Positions 32,093 to 42,816 of a stretch of 64,000 nucleotides of DNA are shown piece after piece. Position 1 is the stretch's first letter. The number at the start of each line of letters is the position of its first letter. The stretch is from assembly GCA_903895195.1 (NCBI GenBank), contig CAITSZ010000034.1, forward strand, positions 47,104 to 111,103, written 5' to 3'. This DNA is from an uncultured Chlorobiaceae bacterium (lineage in GTDB: Bacteria; Bacteroidota; Chlorobiia; Chlorobiales; Chlorobiaceae). The notes beneath the pieces were generated by a model. That model did no database searches and was not told the DNA's origin. It worked only from the letters and a program-made list of their open reading frames with translations. The position numbers were made by a program, and so were the translations under genes.

Positions 32093-33895
32093 GTGAAAAA
32101 TTTTTATCTGCCTTTTGAAAAAAAAGAGGGATTCAGCTACTCACCAGAGAGTATTGAAAAGCTGACCGAATACGAAAAGTATCAACTCTCCTTTCACCCC
32201 GAACGCCCCAAACACCTTGACTATCTTACAATTTTTGATGATACCGAAGAGTGTCTCGAGAACAATCTTTTCGGCAGCTGCATCATACAGACTCACCGGG
32301 CAGTTCTGCGCAGTGGAAAAAAAATCTGGCCATTAATGCTTATCGGGCAGCAATCAGGACCGACATCTGATTTCAAGCTCATACGCACACTGCTGAGAAA
32401 TCCTGTTGAAATGCAAAAATGGAATCAGGGCATGCCGACGCCAGCAGCATTTGAAAAAGCAATTGAGGCCATTAAGATTGCAGAACAGGAAAACCGTATC
32501 ATCATTACCGTCATCGACACCGCCGGTGCTGACCCCACGGAACAATCCGAGGCGGGTGGCATTGCATGGAAAATCGGCCGATGCATGCAGTTACTTGCCG
32601 AAGCGACAGTTCCCACCTTGTCAGTCATTATCAACCGGGGATGCAGTGGTGGTGCCATTGCTCTCACCGGATGCGATGCGGTTCTTGCAATGGAATACTC
32701 CACCTACATGGTTATTTCGCCCGAAGCATGTTCATCCATCCTGTACCGCACACGCGAAAAAGCCGGCTTCGCTGCTGATATTTCCCAAATTACAGCACAA
32801 AAGGCTTTGAATAACCGGATCATTGATGATATCATCCCTGAACCTGATGGCCCCGCACATCGTTACCGCAAGGCCGCCTTCAAGTCGTTTAAATCCTCAA
32901 TGCAGAAGTGGCTCGACAAACTGAGCAAAATCCCTTCGCACGAGATCTTTTCACAAAGAATGGAACGCTGGGAAAAAATCGGCCAGTGGAGCACTATTAC
33001 CGAAGAGGAAATTGTCGCCTTCGAAAAGCCGGTATCCTTTTTCATTCCTAAGCCCGAAAAGGTACTGTTTGTCGGTCGCCACAAAAACTGCCACAACCTG
33101 ATGGGCAAGAGGGTGCTCGACCCGATACTCTACACAAAACTGCTTGCAGACAACTTTGTGTGCGAAACATGCGGACACCGCTATCTAAGGCTCACTGCCC
33201 ATGATTACATCGACCTCATTCTCGACCCCGGCTCGTTCCATGAACACCCGGAAACCCGCTACATAATCGACAAGGATATCCTGAACTTCCCTGATTACCA
33301 GCATAAAGTTGAAGAAGCGCGATACAAAACCGGCGCGGCCGCATCGTTTATTACCGGCGACGCCACAATTAATGGCGAACCTGTTGTCTTTTGCGCAACC
33401 AACTTCAACTTCCTTGGCGGTTCGTTCTGCATGACCACTGCCGAAAAAATCTGGCTCGCCAGCAAATCCGCTATCAGGCAGGGCGTCCCTCTTATTGTAC
33501 AGGCAACAGGCGGTGGAGCAAGAATGCATGAAGGATGCTCCTCAATGGTCGGGCTCCCCAAACTGCATGTAGCCATATCAAGTGTTGAAAAAGCAGGACT
33601 CCCCGTCATCTCAATCATTACCGACCCTACACTCGGCGGTGTTGCTATCGGTATCGCATCGAGGGGAATCAAACTCTTTGAACACAATGCCGGCAATATC
33701 GGATTTTCCGGTAAACGGGTCATTGAGCAGTATACAGGAAAACCAACCACACGCGATTTCCAGACAACCTGGTGGCTGCAGCAGAAAGGATTTGTTGAAA
33801 GAACAGCACTGCCATCAAATATCAAGTTTGCTATCACCGACATCCTTAACGAGCAAAAAATCGAGCAATACCAGCTTCATGAGCAGGAGGCGTAA
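32093..33895 (+). CDS. Fused carboxyltransferase, AccA-like N-terminal half plus AccD-like C-terminal half (GTG start)
   Basis: N-terminal half: IITVIDTAGADP...RGCSGGAIAL...YSTYMVISPEACSSIL parallels E. coli AccA. C-terminal half: CETCGHRYLRLTAHDYIDLILDPGSF...GGARMHEG...ITDPTLGGV...GFSGKRVIEQ parallels AccD. Confidence 0.8.
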   Translation: MKNFYLPFEKKEGFSYSPESIEKLTEYEKYQLSFHPERPKHLDYLTIFDDTEECLENNLFGSCIIQTHRAVLRSGKKIWPLMLIGQQSGPTSDFKLIRTLLRNPVEMQKWNQGMPTPAAFEKAIEAIKIAEQENRIIITVIDTAGADPTEQSEAGGIAWKIGRCMQLLAEATVPTLSVIINRGCSGGAIALTGCDAVLAMEYSTYMVISPEACSSILYRTREKAGFAADISQITAQKALNNRIIDDIIPEPDGPAHRYRKAAFKSFKSSMQKWLDKLSKIPSHEIFSQRMERWEKIGQWSTITEEEIVAFEKPVSFFIPKPEKVLFVGRHKNCHNLMGKRVLDPILYTKLLADNFVCETCGHRYLRLTAHDYIDLILDPGSFHEHPETRYIIDKDILNFPDYQHKVEEARYKTGAAASFITGDATINGEPVVFCATNFNFLGGSFCMTTAEKIWLASKSAIRQGVPLIVQATGGGARMHEGCSSMVGLPKLHVAISSVEKAGLPVISIITDPTLGGVAIGIASRGIKLFEHNAGNIGFSGKRVIEQYTGKPTTRDFQTTWWLQQKGFVERTALPSNIKFAITDILNEQKIEQYQLHEQEA

Positions 33896-33931
33896 ATTGC
33901 CTGTTTTGTATGAACAACTCTAAACGAAGTT

Positions 33932-35707
33932 ATGACACACTCCCGGCCTGATTCTCTCTTTCATGAGTTCCCGGCGGTCAGCCGGGAGGATTGGAAAAAA
34001 AAGGCGATCGCAGAACTCAAGGAAACCCCCTACGACAGCATTGTCTGGCATACGCCTGATGGTTTTATTCTTGAGCCCTGGTACAGCCATGAAGAAAAAA
34101 CACAACAGCTTGATATCCCTCCTTATAAAGCGGTCAACAGCTGGAAAAATTGCCGGCAGATTACTGTTCACGATCCCGAAACAGCCAACAAAGCTGCATT
34201 AAAAAGCTTTGAACTGGATGCCGCAGCAATTGAATTTCTGATCACAGACCCACTCCTTTGCACTAAGGAAAATCTCAAAAAACTTCTTGCCGGCATTAAA
34301 CCGTCTGCAGTAGCCATCTACTTTTCCGGCAAACTCCCTGCAGCTTCCGAACTCTTGAAAACCCTTCTTCCCATTCCAGGGTTCAGTGACAATTGCGGCG
34401 GCCTGTTAAGTGAAACGCCAGTCGGAACAACCACTCTCGACACTGAGCTTTTCGCCTGCGGAACATTGCTGCATGACTTCAGGTTCCTCACCGTCGACAC
34501 CATTCCTTACCACGAAAAAGGCTCAACCGCCGCCGAGGAAATTGCGCTTGCGCTTGCCGGAGTAAGCGACTGCCTTCACCGTTATCTTAAGGCAGGCGTT
34601 CCGGCAGAGACCATTGTATCGGCTATGAACATCATTCTGCCGGTTTGTTCAAGCCATTTTACTGAACTTGCAAAACCAAGAGCCCTGCGTTACCTCCTTG
34701 GTCATCTGCTCAAAGCATACGGCGCTTCGGAGGCTTCCCTTCCCGCCCTTTTTGCCAGAACATCCCAAAGGAACCGCTCTCTGCTCGACCCCTACACCAA
34801 TGTGCTCCGGTTGACAACCGAAGCAGTTTCAGCTGTACTCGGCGGCTACGACACGCTGCAGATAGGGGCCTTTGATACCGGTCTTTCCGTAAACACTGAT
34901 GTTGCCGAACGAATCACCGCCAATATCCACCTAATTCTCAAAGAAGAGGCATCTCTCGACCGGGTTGTCGATCCCGGACATGGTTCCTATTACATTGAAA
35001 CCCTCACCAAAAGCCTCGCTGAATCGGCATGGACGATCTTCAAGGCAATTGAAACCCAGGGCGGTCTCAGCGAAGCGAACAAGAACGGCTTCATCCACGC
35101 AATGATCTCAGAAGCAGAAACGAAACGCCGTAAAACCCTCGACAACCGCAAAAAAACACTCATCGGCGTCAACCGCTATCCGTGGCCTCTGGTTGGCGAA
35201 CAGGTTGAAAACATTGATGCCCTTGAACTCGCAGTTGCAAATTTGCCCGATGGCAATGAAACAGCAGGCTATGAGTTGCTGCGACTCAAAACCCTCTCTT
35301 TTGCCCACAAAACAGGCCGTACACCCTCGGTATTTATCTGGATGCTCGGCGACCCCGCTGTAAGCTTCCGCCAGGCGGGATTTACGGAAGACTTTTTCAA
35401 CTGTGGCGGATTTGACATAGCCGGCAAAGCTTCTCTTCCTCTTGAAGAAAGCTCATACCAGACTGCACTCGAAAGCAAACCCGACATTATTGTTCTCTGC
35501 ATCGCTGAAAAAGATCCCATACCTGCTGGCTCAGCAATTGCCTCAGCACTTCGCACACTTCACCCCGGCATTATCCAGGTCATGGCCGGCAAACCGCCTA
35601 AAGAGCATGAACAGCTTCTCAATGCAGGAGTTGACAGCTTTATATATACCGGCGTCAACGTCCTTGAAATGCTGAAATCCTACCAACATAAAACCGGAGT
35701 GAAATGA
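33932..35707 (+). CDS. mutA: Methylmalonyl-CoA mutase small (beta, non-catalytic) subunit
   Basis: 591 aa and mutase-like ([24 protein letters not shown]), but its C-terminal domain lacks the DxHxxG cobalamin-ligand motif. Overlaps the mutB start by 4 nt. Confidence 0.75.
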   Translation: MTHSRPDSLFHEFPAVSREDWKKKAIAELKETPYDSIVWHTPDGFILEPWYSHEEKTQQLDIPPYKAVNSWKNCRQITVHDPETANKAALKSFELDAAAIEFLITDPLLCTKENLKKLLAGIKPSAVAIYFSGKLPAASELLKTLLPIPGFSDNCGGLLSETPVGTTTLDTELFACGTLLHDFRFLTVDTIPYHEKGSTAAEEIALALAGVSDCLHRYLKAGVPAETIVSAMNIILPVCSSHFTELAKPRALRYLLGHLLKAYGASEASLPALFARTSQRNRSLLDPYTNVLRLTTEAVSAVLGGYDTLQIGAFDTGLSVNTDVAERITANIHLILKEEASLDRVVDPGHGSYYIETLTKSLAESAWTIFKAIETQGGLSEANKNGFIHAMISEAETKRRKTLDNRKKTLIGVNRYPWPLVGEQVENIDALELAVANLPDGNETAGYELLRLKTLSFAHKTGRTPSVFIWMLGDPAVSFRQAGFTEDFFNCGGFDIAGKASLPLEESSYQTALESKPDIIVLCIAEKDPIPAGSAIASALRTLHPGIIQVMAGKPPKEHEQLLNAGVDSFIYTGVNVLEMLKSYQHKTGVK

Positions 35708-37848
35708 GACCGGACTTTTCAGAGATTGATATTTTTTCTTCCAATCCCGCAACCACTCAAAAGAGCCCTGAGGCTCAGCCTGAAACCTGGACAACGGCCG
35801 AAGGCATCGGAATAAAATCCATATACAGCGAATCGGACCTCACGGAAACAGAGCATCTGAAATTTGCTCCAGGTTTTGCGCCCTACATTGGCGGACCATA
35901 CACCACCATGTACACCACAAGACCCTGGACTATCCGCCAGTACGCCGGATTTTCCACTGCTGAAGAATCAAACAGATTCTACCGCAAAAATCTTGCAGCA
36001 GGCCAGAAAGGGCTCTCCGTAGCATTCGATCTGCCAACCCACCGCGGCTACGATTCCGATCACGAGCGGGTCATTGGCGACGTCGGCAAAGCCGGTGTAG
36101 CTATCGACTCTATCGAAGACATGAAAATCCTCTTCGATCAGATTCCTCTTGGCGATATCTCCGTATCCATGACCATGAACGGAGCAGTCCTTCCCATCAT
36201 GGCGTTTTATATCGTCGCAGCAGAAGAGCAGGGTGTAGGGCCCGAAAAGCTCAGCGGCACAATCCAGAATGACATTCTCAAAGAGTTCATGGTGCGCAAC
36301 ACCTATATCTACCCACCTGAACCCTCTATCAGAATTATCGCCGATATCTTCAGCTACACCAGCAAGCACATGCCGAAGTTCAACTCCATCAGCATCTCAG
36401 GCTACCACATGCAGGAAGCCGGAGCCACAGCTGACCTCGAGCTGGCCTTCACCCTTGCCGATGGGCTCGAATATATCCGAACCGGCCTTAAAGCAGGGCT
36501 CGACATCGATGCCTTTGCTCCCCGGCTCTCCTTCTTCTGGGCTACAGGCATGAACTATTTTATCGAAATAGCCAAGCTGAGAGCTGCAAGAATGCTCTGG
36601 GCAAAAATTGTCAAACAGTTCAATCCTAAAAATCCGAAGTCTCTGATGCTTCGCTCCCACTGCCAGACCTCTGGCTGGAGCCTTACGGAACAGGACCCGT
36701 TCAACAATATCACCCGCACCTGCCTTGAGGCCCTTGCATCAACTCTCGGCCACACCCAGTCACTGCACACCAATGCCCTTGACGAGGCCATCGCGCTTCC
36801 CTCACCCTTTTCAGCACGAATTGCCCGTAACACCCAGCTCTACCTGCAGGAAGAGACCGATATCACCAAAAGCATCGATCCATGGGCAGGCTCCAGCTAT
36901 GTCGAATACCTTACCGGAGAGCTCGCCGCCAAAGCATGGAAAATCATCAGCGATATCGAAGCTGCAGGCGGAATGGTCAAGGCAATCGAACAGGGACTTC
37001 CAAAACTGCAGATCGAAGAGGCAGCAACCCGCAAGCAGGCCCGCATCGACAGCGGCAAAGAGATTATTGTAGGCGTTAACGGCTATAAAACCACGAGCAA
37101 AACGGATATCGAACTCCTCGAGGTTGACAACACTCTTGTTCTCGACCAGCAGCTCCGGCGCCTTAAAACGCTCAAGGCTGATCGCAACAATGAAGAGACG
37201 GCCCTGGCTCTCCGTGCAATCGAGGAAGCAGCTGCATCAGGCGAAGGCAATCTGCTTGAACTTGCCGTGGACGCTGCCAGAAAAAGAGCTACATTGGGAG
37301 AAATATCATCAGCCTGCGAGAAAACCTTCGGTAGATACCGCGCCGTCACCAGGCTCAACACCAGTGTCTATATGTCGCAGATGCAGGATAACAAACTCTT
37401 TCAGGAAGCTCAGAAGCTTGCCGACACCTTTGCCGAGCTCGAAGGCCGCCGTCCGAGAATCATGGTCTCCAAAGTCGGTCAGGACGGCCACGACCGTGGA
37501 GCAAAAGTTATAGCAGCAGGCTTTGCCGATATCGGTTTTGATGTCGATATAAGCCCTCTTTTTCAGACCCCTGAGGAAGTTGTTCAGCAGGCCCTTGATA
37601 ACGATGTTCACCTCATCGGCATATCAAGCCTTGCGGCAGGCCACAAAACCCTTATTCCAAAAATCATCGAGGAGCTCAAAGCCCGCCAGCGTGAGGATAT
37701 CCTTGTCATTGCCGGCGGTATCATTCCGGAAAAAGATCACGCATTCCTTTATGAAAAGGGAGTTGCAGGCATTTTCGGGCCCGGTACCGTTATTGCCGAA
37801 GCTGCCTCTAAAATTCTCAACCTGCTTATTGCACGCTTTCCCCAATGA
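35704..37848 (+). CDS. mutB: Methylmalonyl-CoA mutase large (alpha) subunit, B12-binding
   Basis: [35 protein letters not shown], and the C-terminal cobalamin domain [13 protein letters not shown] (DxHxxG). Confidence 0.9.
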   Translation: MRPDFSEIDIFSSNPATTQKSPEAQPETWTTAEGIGIKSIYSESDLTETEHLKFAPGFAPYIGGPYTTMYTTRPWTIRQYAGFSTAEESNRFYRKNLAAGQKGLSVAFDLPTHRGYDSDHERVIGDVGKAGVAIDSIEDMKILFDQIPLGDISVSMTMNGAVLPIMAFYIVAAEEQGVGPEKLSGTIQNDILKEFMVRNTYIYPPEPSIRIIADIFSYTSKHMPKFNSISISGYHMQEAGATADLELAFTLADGLEYIRTGLKAGLDIDAFAPRLSFFWATGMNYFIEIAKLRAARMLWAKIVKQFNPKNPKSLMLRSHCQTSGWSLTEQDPFNNITRTCLEALASTLGHTQSLHTNALDEAIALPSPFSARIARNTQLYLQEETDITKSIDPWAGSSYVEYLTGELAAKAWKIISDIEAAGGMVKAIEQGLPKLQIEEAATRKQARIDSGKEIIVGVNGYKTTSKTDIELLEVDNTLVLDQQLRRLKTLKADRNNEETALALRAIEEAAASGEGNLLELAVDAARKRATLGEISSACEKTFGRYRAVTRLNTSVYMSQMQDNKLFQEAQKLADTFAELEGRRPRIMVSKVGQDGHDRGAKVIAAGFADIGFDVDISPLFQTPEEVVQQALDNDVHLIGISSLAAGHKTLIPKIIEELKARQREDILVIAGGIIPEKDHAFLYEKGVAGIFGPGTVIAEAASKILNLLIARFPQ

Positions 37849-38867
37849 GCACACCTCCACTGCAAGGCAGTTTAAAGCCCTATCACGACCCGGATGTCGA
37901 TACGGTCGTTAACGGCATCACGAGTGGCGACCGCCACATGCTGAGTCGAGCGATTACACTGATTGAATCGCAAAAGCCCGAGCATGAGCGCAAAGCCCAT
38001 GAAATTCTTGACCGCTGCCTTGCAAAAAAAAAACCATCAATCCGCATCGGGATAACCGGCTCACCGGGAGCCGGCAAAAGCACCTTTATCGAATCGCTGG
38101 GTGAGTTGATCATCAACGAGGGGCTCACTCTGGCAGTGCTGGCCATTGACCCGAGCAGCCGCCAGTCCAAAGGGAGCATCCTCGGCGATAAGGCGCGCAT
38201 GGAAAAACTTACCGGCCGAAAAGAGGCCTATATCCGCCCCACAGCCTCTTCAGGCTATCTGGGGGGCACTTCGCCGAAGACTCACGAAGTTATCGTCCTC
38301 TGCGAAGCTGCCGGGTATGATGTCATTCTGGTTGAAACTGTAGGCGTCGGCCAATCGGAAGTGCTTGTAGACACCATGGTCGACTTTATACTGCTGCTGA
38401 TGCTGCCCGGCTCAGGCGACGAACTCCAGGGCATCAAACGCGGTATCATGGAAATTGCCGATGCAGTAGCCATCACAAAAACCGACGGCGATCAATCCGG
38501 CATAGCCGCCATTTCAAGAGCGGAATTTGAAGCCGCACTTAGAATGCTGCCGCTAAAACATGCTGCATGGCAGCGTCAGGTTATTCTCACTTCAGCACTT
38601 ACCGGCAAAGGCATCGCGGAAGTCTGGCAGAATATTTCCGATTTTTTCGCGGAAATGCAGAACGGCAATATCCTCGAAACCCGACGGCGCGAACAGCTCA
38701 AAAGCCTGCTCTACACCGTGCTCGAAGAGATGCTGAAAAAAAAGTTTCTCTCCCACCCCGATGTCAAAGCGTCCAGAGAACATGTCGAGCAACAGGTTCT
38801 CTCTGCAGAATTAAGCCCCTTCAGCGGTGCCAAAAAGCTCATAGAGGCTTTTACTCGTCGCCAATAA
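37845..38867 (+). CDS. meaB: MeaB/ArgK-type G-protein chaperone of methylmalonyl-CoA mutase
   Basis: P-loop [20 protein letters not shown] and ITKTDG (NKxD-like). Overlaps the mutB stop by 4 nt. Confidence 0.9.
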   Translation: MSTPPLQGSLKPYHDPDVDTVVNGITSGDRHMLSRAITLIESQKPEHERKAHEILDRCLAKKKPSIRIGITGSPGAGKSTFIESLGELIINEGLTLAVLAIDPSSRQSKGSILGDKARMEKLTGRKEAYIRPTASSGYLGGTSPKTHEVIVLCEAAGYDVILVETVGVGQSEVLVDTMVDFILLLMLPGSGDELQGIKRGIMEIADAVAITKTDGDQSGIAAISRAEFEAALRMLPLKHAAWQRQVILTSALTGKGIAEVWQNISDFFAEMQNGNILETRRREQLKSLLYTVLEEMLKKKFLSHPDVKASREHVEQQVLSAELSPFSGAKKLIEAFTRRQ

Positions 38868-39309
38868 ACTCCTTCTCTTCCGATTTTACAATCAGTACGG
38901 GGCAATTAGCCTTGCGGACAACAGTCTCAGCCACACTGCCCATAATCAGACGGCTCAGTCCTTTTTTACCGTGCGACCCCATGATAACAAGGTTGACATT
39001 ACACATCTCGATGTTTTCAAGAATCGAGTCCGCAGGATTACCTATCACCACTCCGCACTCAGCCTTTAGCCCCACACGCTTGAATTCCTGAACTATACCA
39101 TCAAGATCCTCTTGAGCCGCTTTTTCCATATCGGCTTCAAAAGGGACATAACTGAGCGATACATCCACAGCCATCGGCCTTGGTTCAACCACATTCAGCA
39201 GATAGACAGAAGCCCCCATATTGCCTGCAAACTCCTTGGCGTAGCGTATTGCTTTTTTGGAAGCATCCGAAAAATCAACTGGACACAGGATCGTATGAAT
39301 CTTGAACAT
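38851..39309 (-). CDS. Universal stress protein (UspA family)
   Basis: ILCPVDFSDASKKA...VIMGSHGKKGLSRLIMGSVAETVVRKANCPVLIV is the canonical Usp pattern. Confidence 0.85.
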   Translation of the reverse strand: MFKIHTILCPVDFSDASKKAIRYAKEFAGNMGASVYLLNVVEPRPMAVDVSLSYVPFEADMEKAAQEDLDGIVQEFKRVGLKAECGVVIGNPADSILENIEMCNVNLVIMGSHGKKGLSRLIMGSVAETVVRKANCPVLIVKSEEKEFIGDE

Positions 39310-39322
39310 GAGTGAAAATCGT

Positions 39323-40093
39323 TTAGGTTGTCGGAGGATTTACAGGTGCCTTGATTTCAAAAAATGGCCTGAAGAGATCCATTGGTATTGGAAAAACTGT
39401 GGTAGAGTTATTCTCGGCTGCAATATCCTTCAATGTCTGCAGATACCGAAGCTGCAGCGCTGCCGGAGTACCTGAAATAATAGCCGCCGCATCTGCAAGG
39501 CGCTGGGCAGCCTGAAACTCCCCTTCCGCATTGATAATTGCCGACCGCCGCTCCCGCTCCGCCTCAGCCTGCTTTGCCATAGCCCGTCGCATAGTCTCCG
39601 GCAGATCAATCTCCTTCACTTCAACCTTGCTCACCTTGACTCCCCATGGCTCTGTATCCTTGTCCAGTATTGACTGGATACGGTCATTGATTTCATCCCG
39701 TTCAGCAAGCAGATTATCAAGTTCCCCCTGTCCGCAAACGCTTCTGAGCGTGGTCTGGGCTAGCTGAGAGGTTGCAAAATGAAAATCCGCAACATCAATA
39801 ATAGCCTTGATTGCATCAATCACACGAAAATATACGACCGCGCTGACCTTGACCGATACGTTATCACGCGTAATGATATCCTGTGGAGGCACATCAAGCG
39901 TTACTGTTCGAAGGTCAACCTTCACCATTTTATCAATTCCGGGAATCAGAATAATCAGCCCCGGCCCCTTGGCCCCGATAATACGCCCCAGTCGAAAAAC
40001 AACTCCCCGTTCATACTCCCTGAGAATCTTAACCGACGAAACCAGAAACAGAACCACAACAACCAATACAGTCATAAAATCAAATGCCATCAT
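39323..40093 (-). CDS. SPFH/Band-7 (stomatin/prohibitin-like) membrane protein
   Basis: [19 protein letters not shown] and an A/E-rich coiled coil [11 protein letters not shown]. Start set at MMAFDF, which has AAGGAGA 6 nt upstream; the longer track ORF is unlikely. Confidence 0.85.
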   Translation of the reverse strand: MMAFDFMTVLVVVVLFLVSSVKILREYERGVVFRLGRIIGAKGPGLIILIPGIDKMVKVDLRTVTLDVPPQDIITRDNVSVKVSAVVYFRVIDAIKAIIDVADFHFATSQLAQTTLRSVCGQGELDNLLAERDEINDRIQSILDKDTEPWGVKVSKVEVKEIDLPETMRRAMAKQAEAERERRSAIINAEGEFQAAQRLADAAAIISGTPAALQLRYLQTLKDIAAENNSTTVFPIPMDLFRPFFEIKAPVNPPTT

Positions 40094-40256
40094 AATCGTC
40101 TCCTTTATGGTGAATTCACCTTTACGTCCACCTACAATATACTGCTCATTTACATTTATACGAGCTTTCAAGCATCCATCGTTTTTCTTTGAAACCAATA
40201 TTCAGTAAATAGACAAGCATCTCTTTCATCTAAAAGAACCAACAATAGAACCGTTC

Positions 40257-40502
40257 ATGGATACCCCGCAAAATACAGATAACGCTTTAGCTGAGCAGAT
40301 AGTCGAACGTTGGGCCAAGGGCAAACCGCTACTCGACACAACCGGCAAACCAAGCGGCTACTACCGCCTCACCAACTATCTTCGCGACTATATCGCCACC
40401 CATAAAACCCTTCCCACAGGCATCCACACCATGCCCGATGGACGCGACCGCAACAACAACATCGAGCCATCATTCCCGGTAAACTTCGACACAATTCCCT
40501 GA
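40257..40502 (+). CDS. Hypothetical protein, 81 aa
   Basis: ORF only. No recognisable motif. Confidence 0.35.
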   Translation: MDTPQNTDNALAEQIVERWAKGKPLLDTTGKPSGYYRLTNYLRDYIATHKTLPTGIHTMPDGRDRNNNIEPSFPVNFDTIP

Positions 40503-40589
40503 CCTCCCCCTTTTATTTAAAGTAATTATTTTGTAAATAACATAAACTGTAGGTTGGGGTGATTCCTGAACCCCAACAAAACAAAAAAA

Positions 40590-40643
40590 GAGTTGTGCTT
40601 TCGGACCGGAAGAAATTATCCTGAGCCCTTGAAAGCACAACTC
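40590..40643 (-). terminator. Long hairpin (perfect 13-bp stem GAGTTGTGCTTTC, 28-nt loop) followed by T7 on the minus strand
   Basis: Arms at 40590-40602 and 40631-40643 are exact reverse complements. The minus-strand read ends in TTTTTTT, about 115 nt downstream of the 40761 gene stop. Confidence 0.45.
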
Positions 40644-40760
40644 TCACACATCAACCATTTGTAAAAAAAATCTGCCGGCTCCGAAAGAATATTAACAAGC
40701 TACCAATCACAGCAACTCAACAACATACGTTACCGGCAGACAAAAGAGTTTGTAGAGGGA

Positions 40761-41369
40761 TTAATTAGCCGTTTTGATTACAACAGGAGCTGTTTCTCCT
40801 TCTGTCACAGTGACTGTGGTTTTCTCCTTAAGAGTCAGTTTTTTGCTCCAGATACCGATCTCGTAGGTACCCGCTGGGACATTAGGGATAGAGAACTTGC
40901 CATCATGATCGGTCAATGCTGCATATTGATTCTTCCCGACAATAACCCATGCGACGATGTCAGGATGGCAACTGCACAGCAATTGAACAACGCCGGGGTT
41001 TTCAAAAGTAATCGACTTCGATATACCGTTATTAAAGGGGTCTATCCTGAATTTCTTTGCTGCGCTTATTGAAAAAACACTATGATCGAGCTTGTCATAA
41101 CTTGTAAAGAGAATGGTAGACCCTACAGGAATAGCCGTCACTTTAGGTGTAAAATTCATTTTTCGCATATCAATAGATGCCTGCTGAGGAACAACAACGC
41201 CCTTAACATCTTTCAGGTAGACAACGGCATTTTCCTTGTACTTTGTCAAGTCGGTATCAATTGACCCTGTGATCGTTCCTCCACAGAATGCATTCGAGGT
41301 GATGAGTGCCAAACTTGCCGTTAAGAAACCGGTTTTGAGGAACTTGACAGTTCTGTTCATTTGTAACAT
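40761..41369 (-). CDS. Secreted two-domain protein: cupredoxin-like N-terminal part plus carboxypeptidase-regulatory-like beta-sandwich (paralog A)
   Basis: Signal-like N-terminus. His...Cys-x2-His spacing (DKLDHSV ... LLCSCHPD) resembles type-1 copper ligands. The C-terminal DGKFSIPNVPAGTYEIGIW is typical of CarboxypepD_reg-like folds. Confidence 0.5.
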   Translation of the reverse strand: MLQMNRTVKFLKTGFLTASLALITSNAFCGGTITGSIDTDLTKYKENAVVYLKDVKGVVVPQQASIDMRKMNFTPKVTAIPVGSTILFTSYDKLDHSVFSISAAKKFRIDPFNNGISKSITFENPGVVQLLCSCHPDIVAWVIVGKNQYAALTDHDGKFSIPNVPAGTYEIGIWSKKLTLKEKTTVTVTEGETAPVVIKTAN

Positions 41370-41517
41370 TATTTGCTCTTGAAGTTTTAATGTTGACGAT
41401 TACGTCTATGGTAATTCAGTAATCTCAAGCATCAGGTTGTATAAAAAGGGCCCGACTCTCTCTGTCACTCATGAAAAAGAGAGCGAGCCTTATTGTCCAT
41501 TCTTACCCGACTCTCAA

Positions 41518-42816
41518 TTACAGTGCAAATCCTATCGCTAGAACAACTGTATCCACTGCGGTATTACCTGCAACGGTTGCTGCTTTTGGGGATGCTTGAG
41601 TATAGGCGAATTCTTTTGTTGGATGAGTCCAGGTTAATGCAAGTGAAGCATTGGCCCTGAGCCATGCAGTAATGCCTGTTGCAATGCTTGGATTCAAGCC
41701 GTCCTGAAGTGATGTATAGTTAACGGTAGCTTTAAGCCATGGGTAAAAAAAGTACCCTGTCTGAACGACATAGTTGTTATAACCCAGATCCTTGTCCTTA
41801 CTGAACGCAGCACCACCAGTAAAATTCCCCTGGTTGCCGGTGATATCGACTTCAGAAATCAAGGTTTCCCCTTGATTATGAGGAGCAGTAAAAATTGTGC
41901 TTCCAGCTGCGGCGGTTGGAATGTCAGACCGTAAGCTGATAAGAGATCCGCCGATAGCAATATGATTGTCCAGCCCGACAAACTCATTGCCATAAATTCC
42001 ACCTGCACCACTCAATAGACCTGCACCACCGAACTTGTACTTGACCCTGACATATCTGATGTCATCAAAGTGATTAGCGTTAGTAGGTAATGATACTGCA
42101 GCAGTAGTCGTAGTAGCTTCAGTGAGTCCCAGTGTAACTTTGAACCTTTCCTTGGTGTATATAAATTCCGCACCTGTTCCAAGACCGTTAGGTGTAGGGT
42201 CTGACGGAAGTACTGCACTGCTGGTTGAGATGGCCTGTCCGAAATTCAAGTCACTGAAAAAATTTCCAACGCTTAAATTGATGCCTGGTTTAAAGGCCCA
42301 TACAAAGTGGCCTCTTGCAGCACCGGCAGTGGGATCATAAGTTCCTAAAACTGAGAGTTGCTCTCCTAACGTACCACCAAAGAAAAGTGAGGTACCTGTA
42401 CCCATTGGCCCAGCCCCATAATTAAATGTCTGTGGTGTTACAACCTTACCGGTCTTGTCCTGGACCTGATTGGCATAATTGACCAGAGTTCCTCTTACCC
42501 AGACGGATAAAGGACCAAAATTTGGTATCTCTGAAGGCCATGGAGCTGAAGGAAACACCCCTTTCCAGCCATCATTGCCTATCTTTAGCTGTTCCTGCTT
42601 GGTAAACTCTTCATCATCACCACCCGGCCAGCGGTAGCCGTTGTTTCTGAAGGCTTCACCAAAAGCGTTTCTTGTAGGAAAGCCTGAATGGCAGGTATAG
42701 CAGGATGTTTGATACTTTCTCGCAAAAGCAGGTATAGCTTGGCTGTCCTGACTCCAGAACAGAGCTGCCGGCACCATACAAAGCGAAGCGATGAACGCAA
42801 AATTCAATTTTCTCAT
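41518..42816 (-). CDS. Outer-membrane beta-barrel protein with a single N-terminal CxxCH heme c motif (Cyc2-like fused cytochrome-porin)
   Basis: Signal peptide MRKLNFAFIASLCMVPAALFWSQDSQA, then IPAFARKYQTSCYTCHSGFPTRNAFGEAFRNNGY. CYTCH at nt 42688-42702 was verified on the sequence. The rest is Cys-free, Gly/Thr/Asn-rich, with alternating hydrophobic residues suggesting beta strands. Confidence 0.6.
   Translation of the reverse strand: MRKLNFAFIASLCMVPAALFWSQDSQAIPAFARKYQTSCYTCHSGFPTRNAFGEAFRNNGYRWPGGDDEEFTKQEQLKIGNDGWKGVFPSAPWPSEIPNFGPLSVWVRGTLVNYANQVQDKTGKVVTPQTFNYGAGPMGTGTSLFFGGTLGEQLSVLGTYDPTAGAARGHFVWAFKPGINLSVGNFFSDLNFGQAISTSSAVLPSDPTPNGLGTGAEFIYTKERFKVTLGLTEATTTTAAVSLPTNANHFDDIRYVRVKYKFGGAGLLSGAGGIYGNEFVGLDNHIAIGGSLISLRSDIPTAAAGSTIFTAPHNQGETLISEVDITGNQGNFTGGAAFSKDKDLGYNNYVVQTGYFFYPWLKATVNYTSLQDGLNPSIATGITAWLRANASLALTWTHPTKEFAYTQASPKAATVAGNTAVDTVVLAIGFAL

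Noticed and set aside
40553-40577. Hairpin GTTGGGGT-9nt-ACCCCAAC downstream of the 81-aa ORF.
   Set aside because: It has no T-run on either strand immediately 3' of the stem, so I did not call it a terminator.
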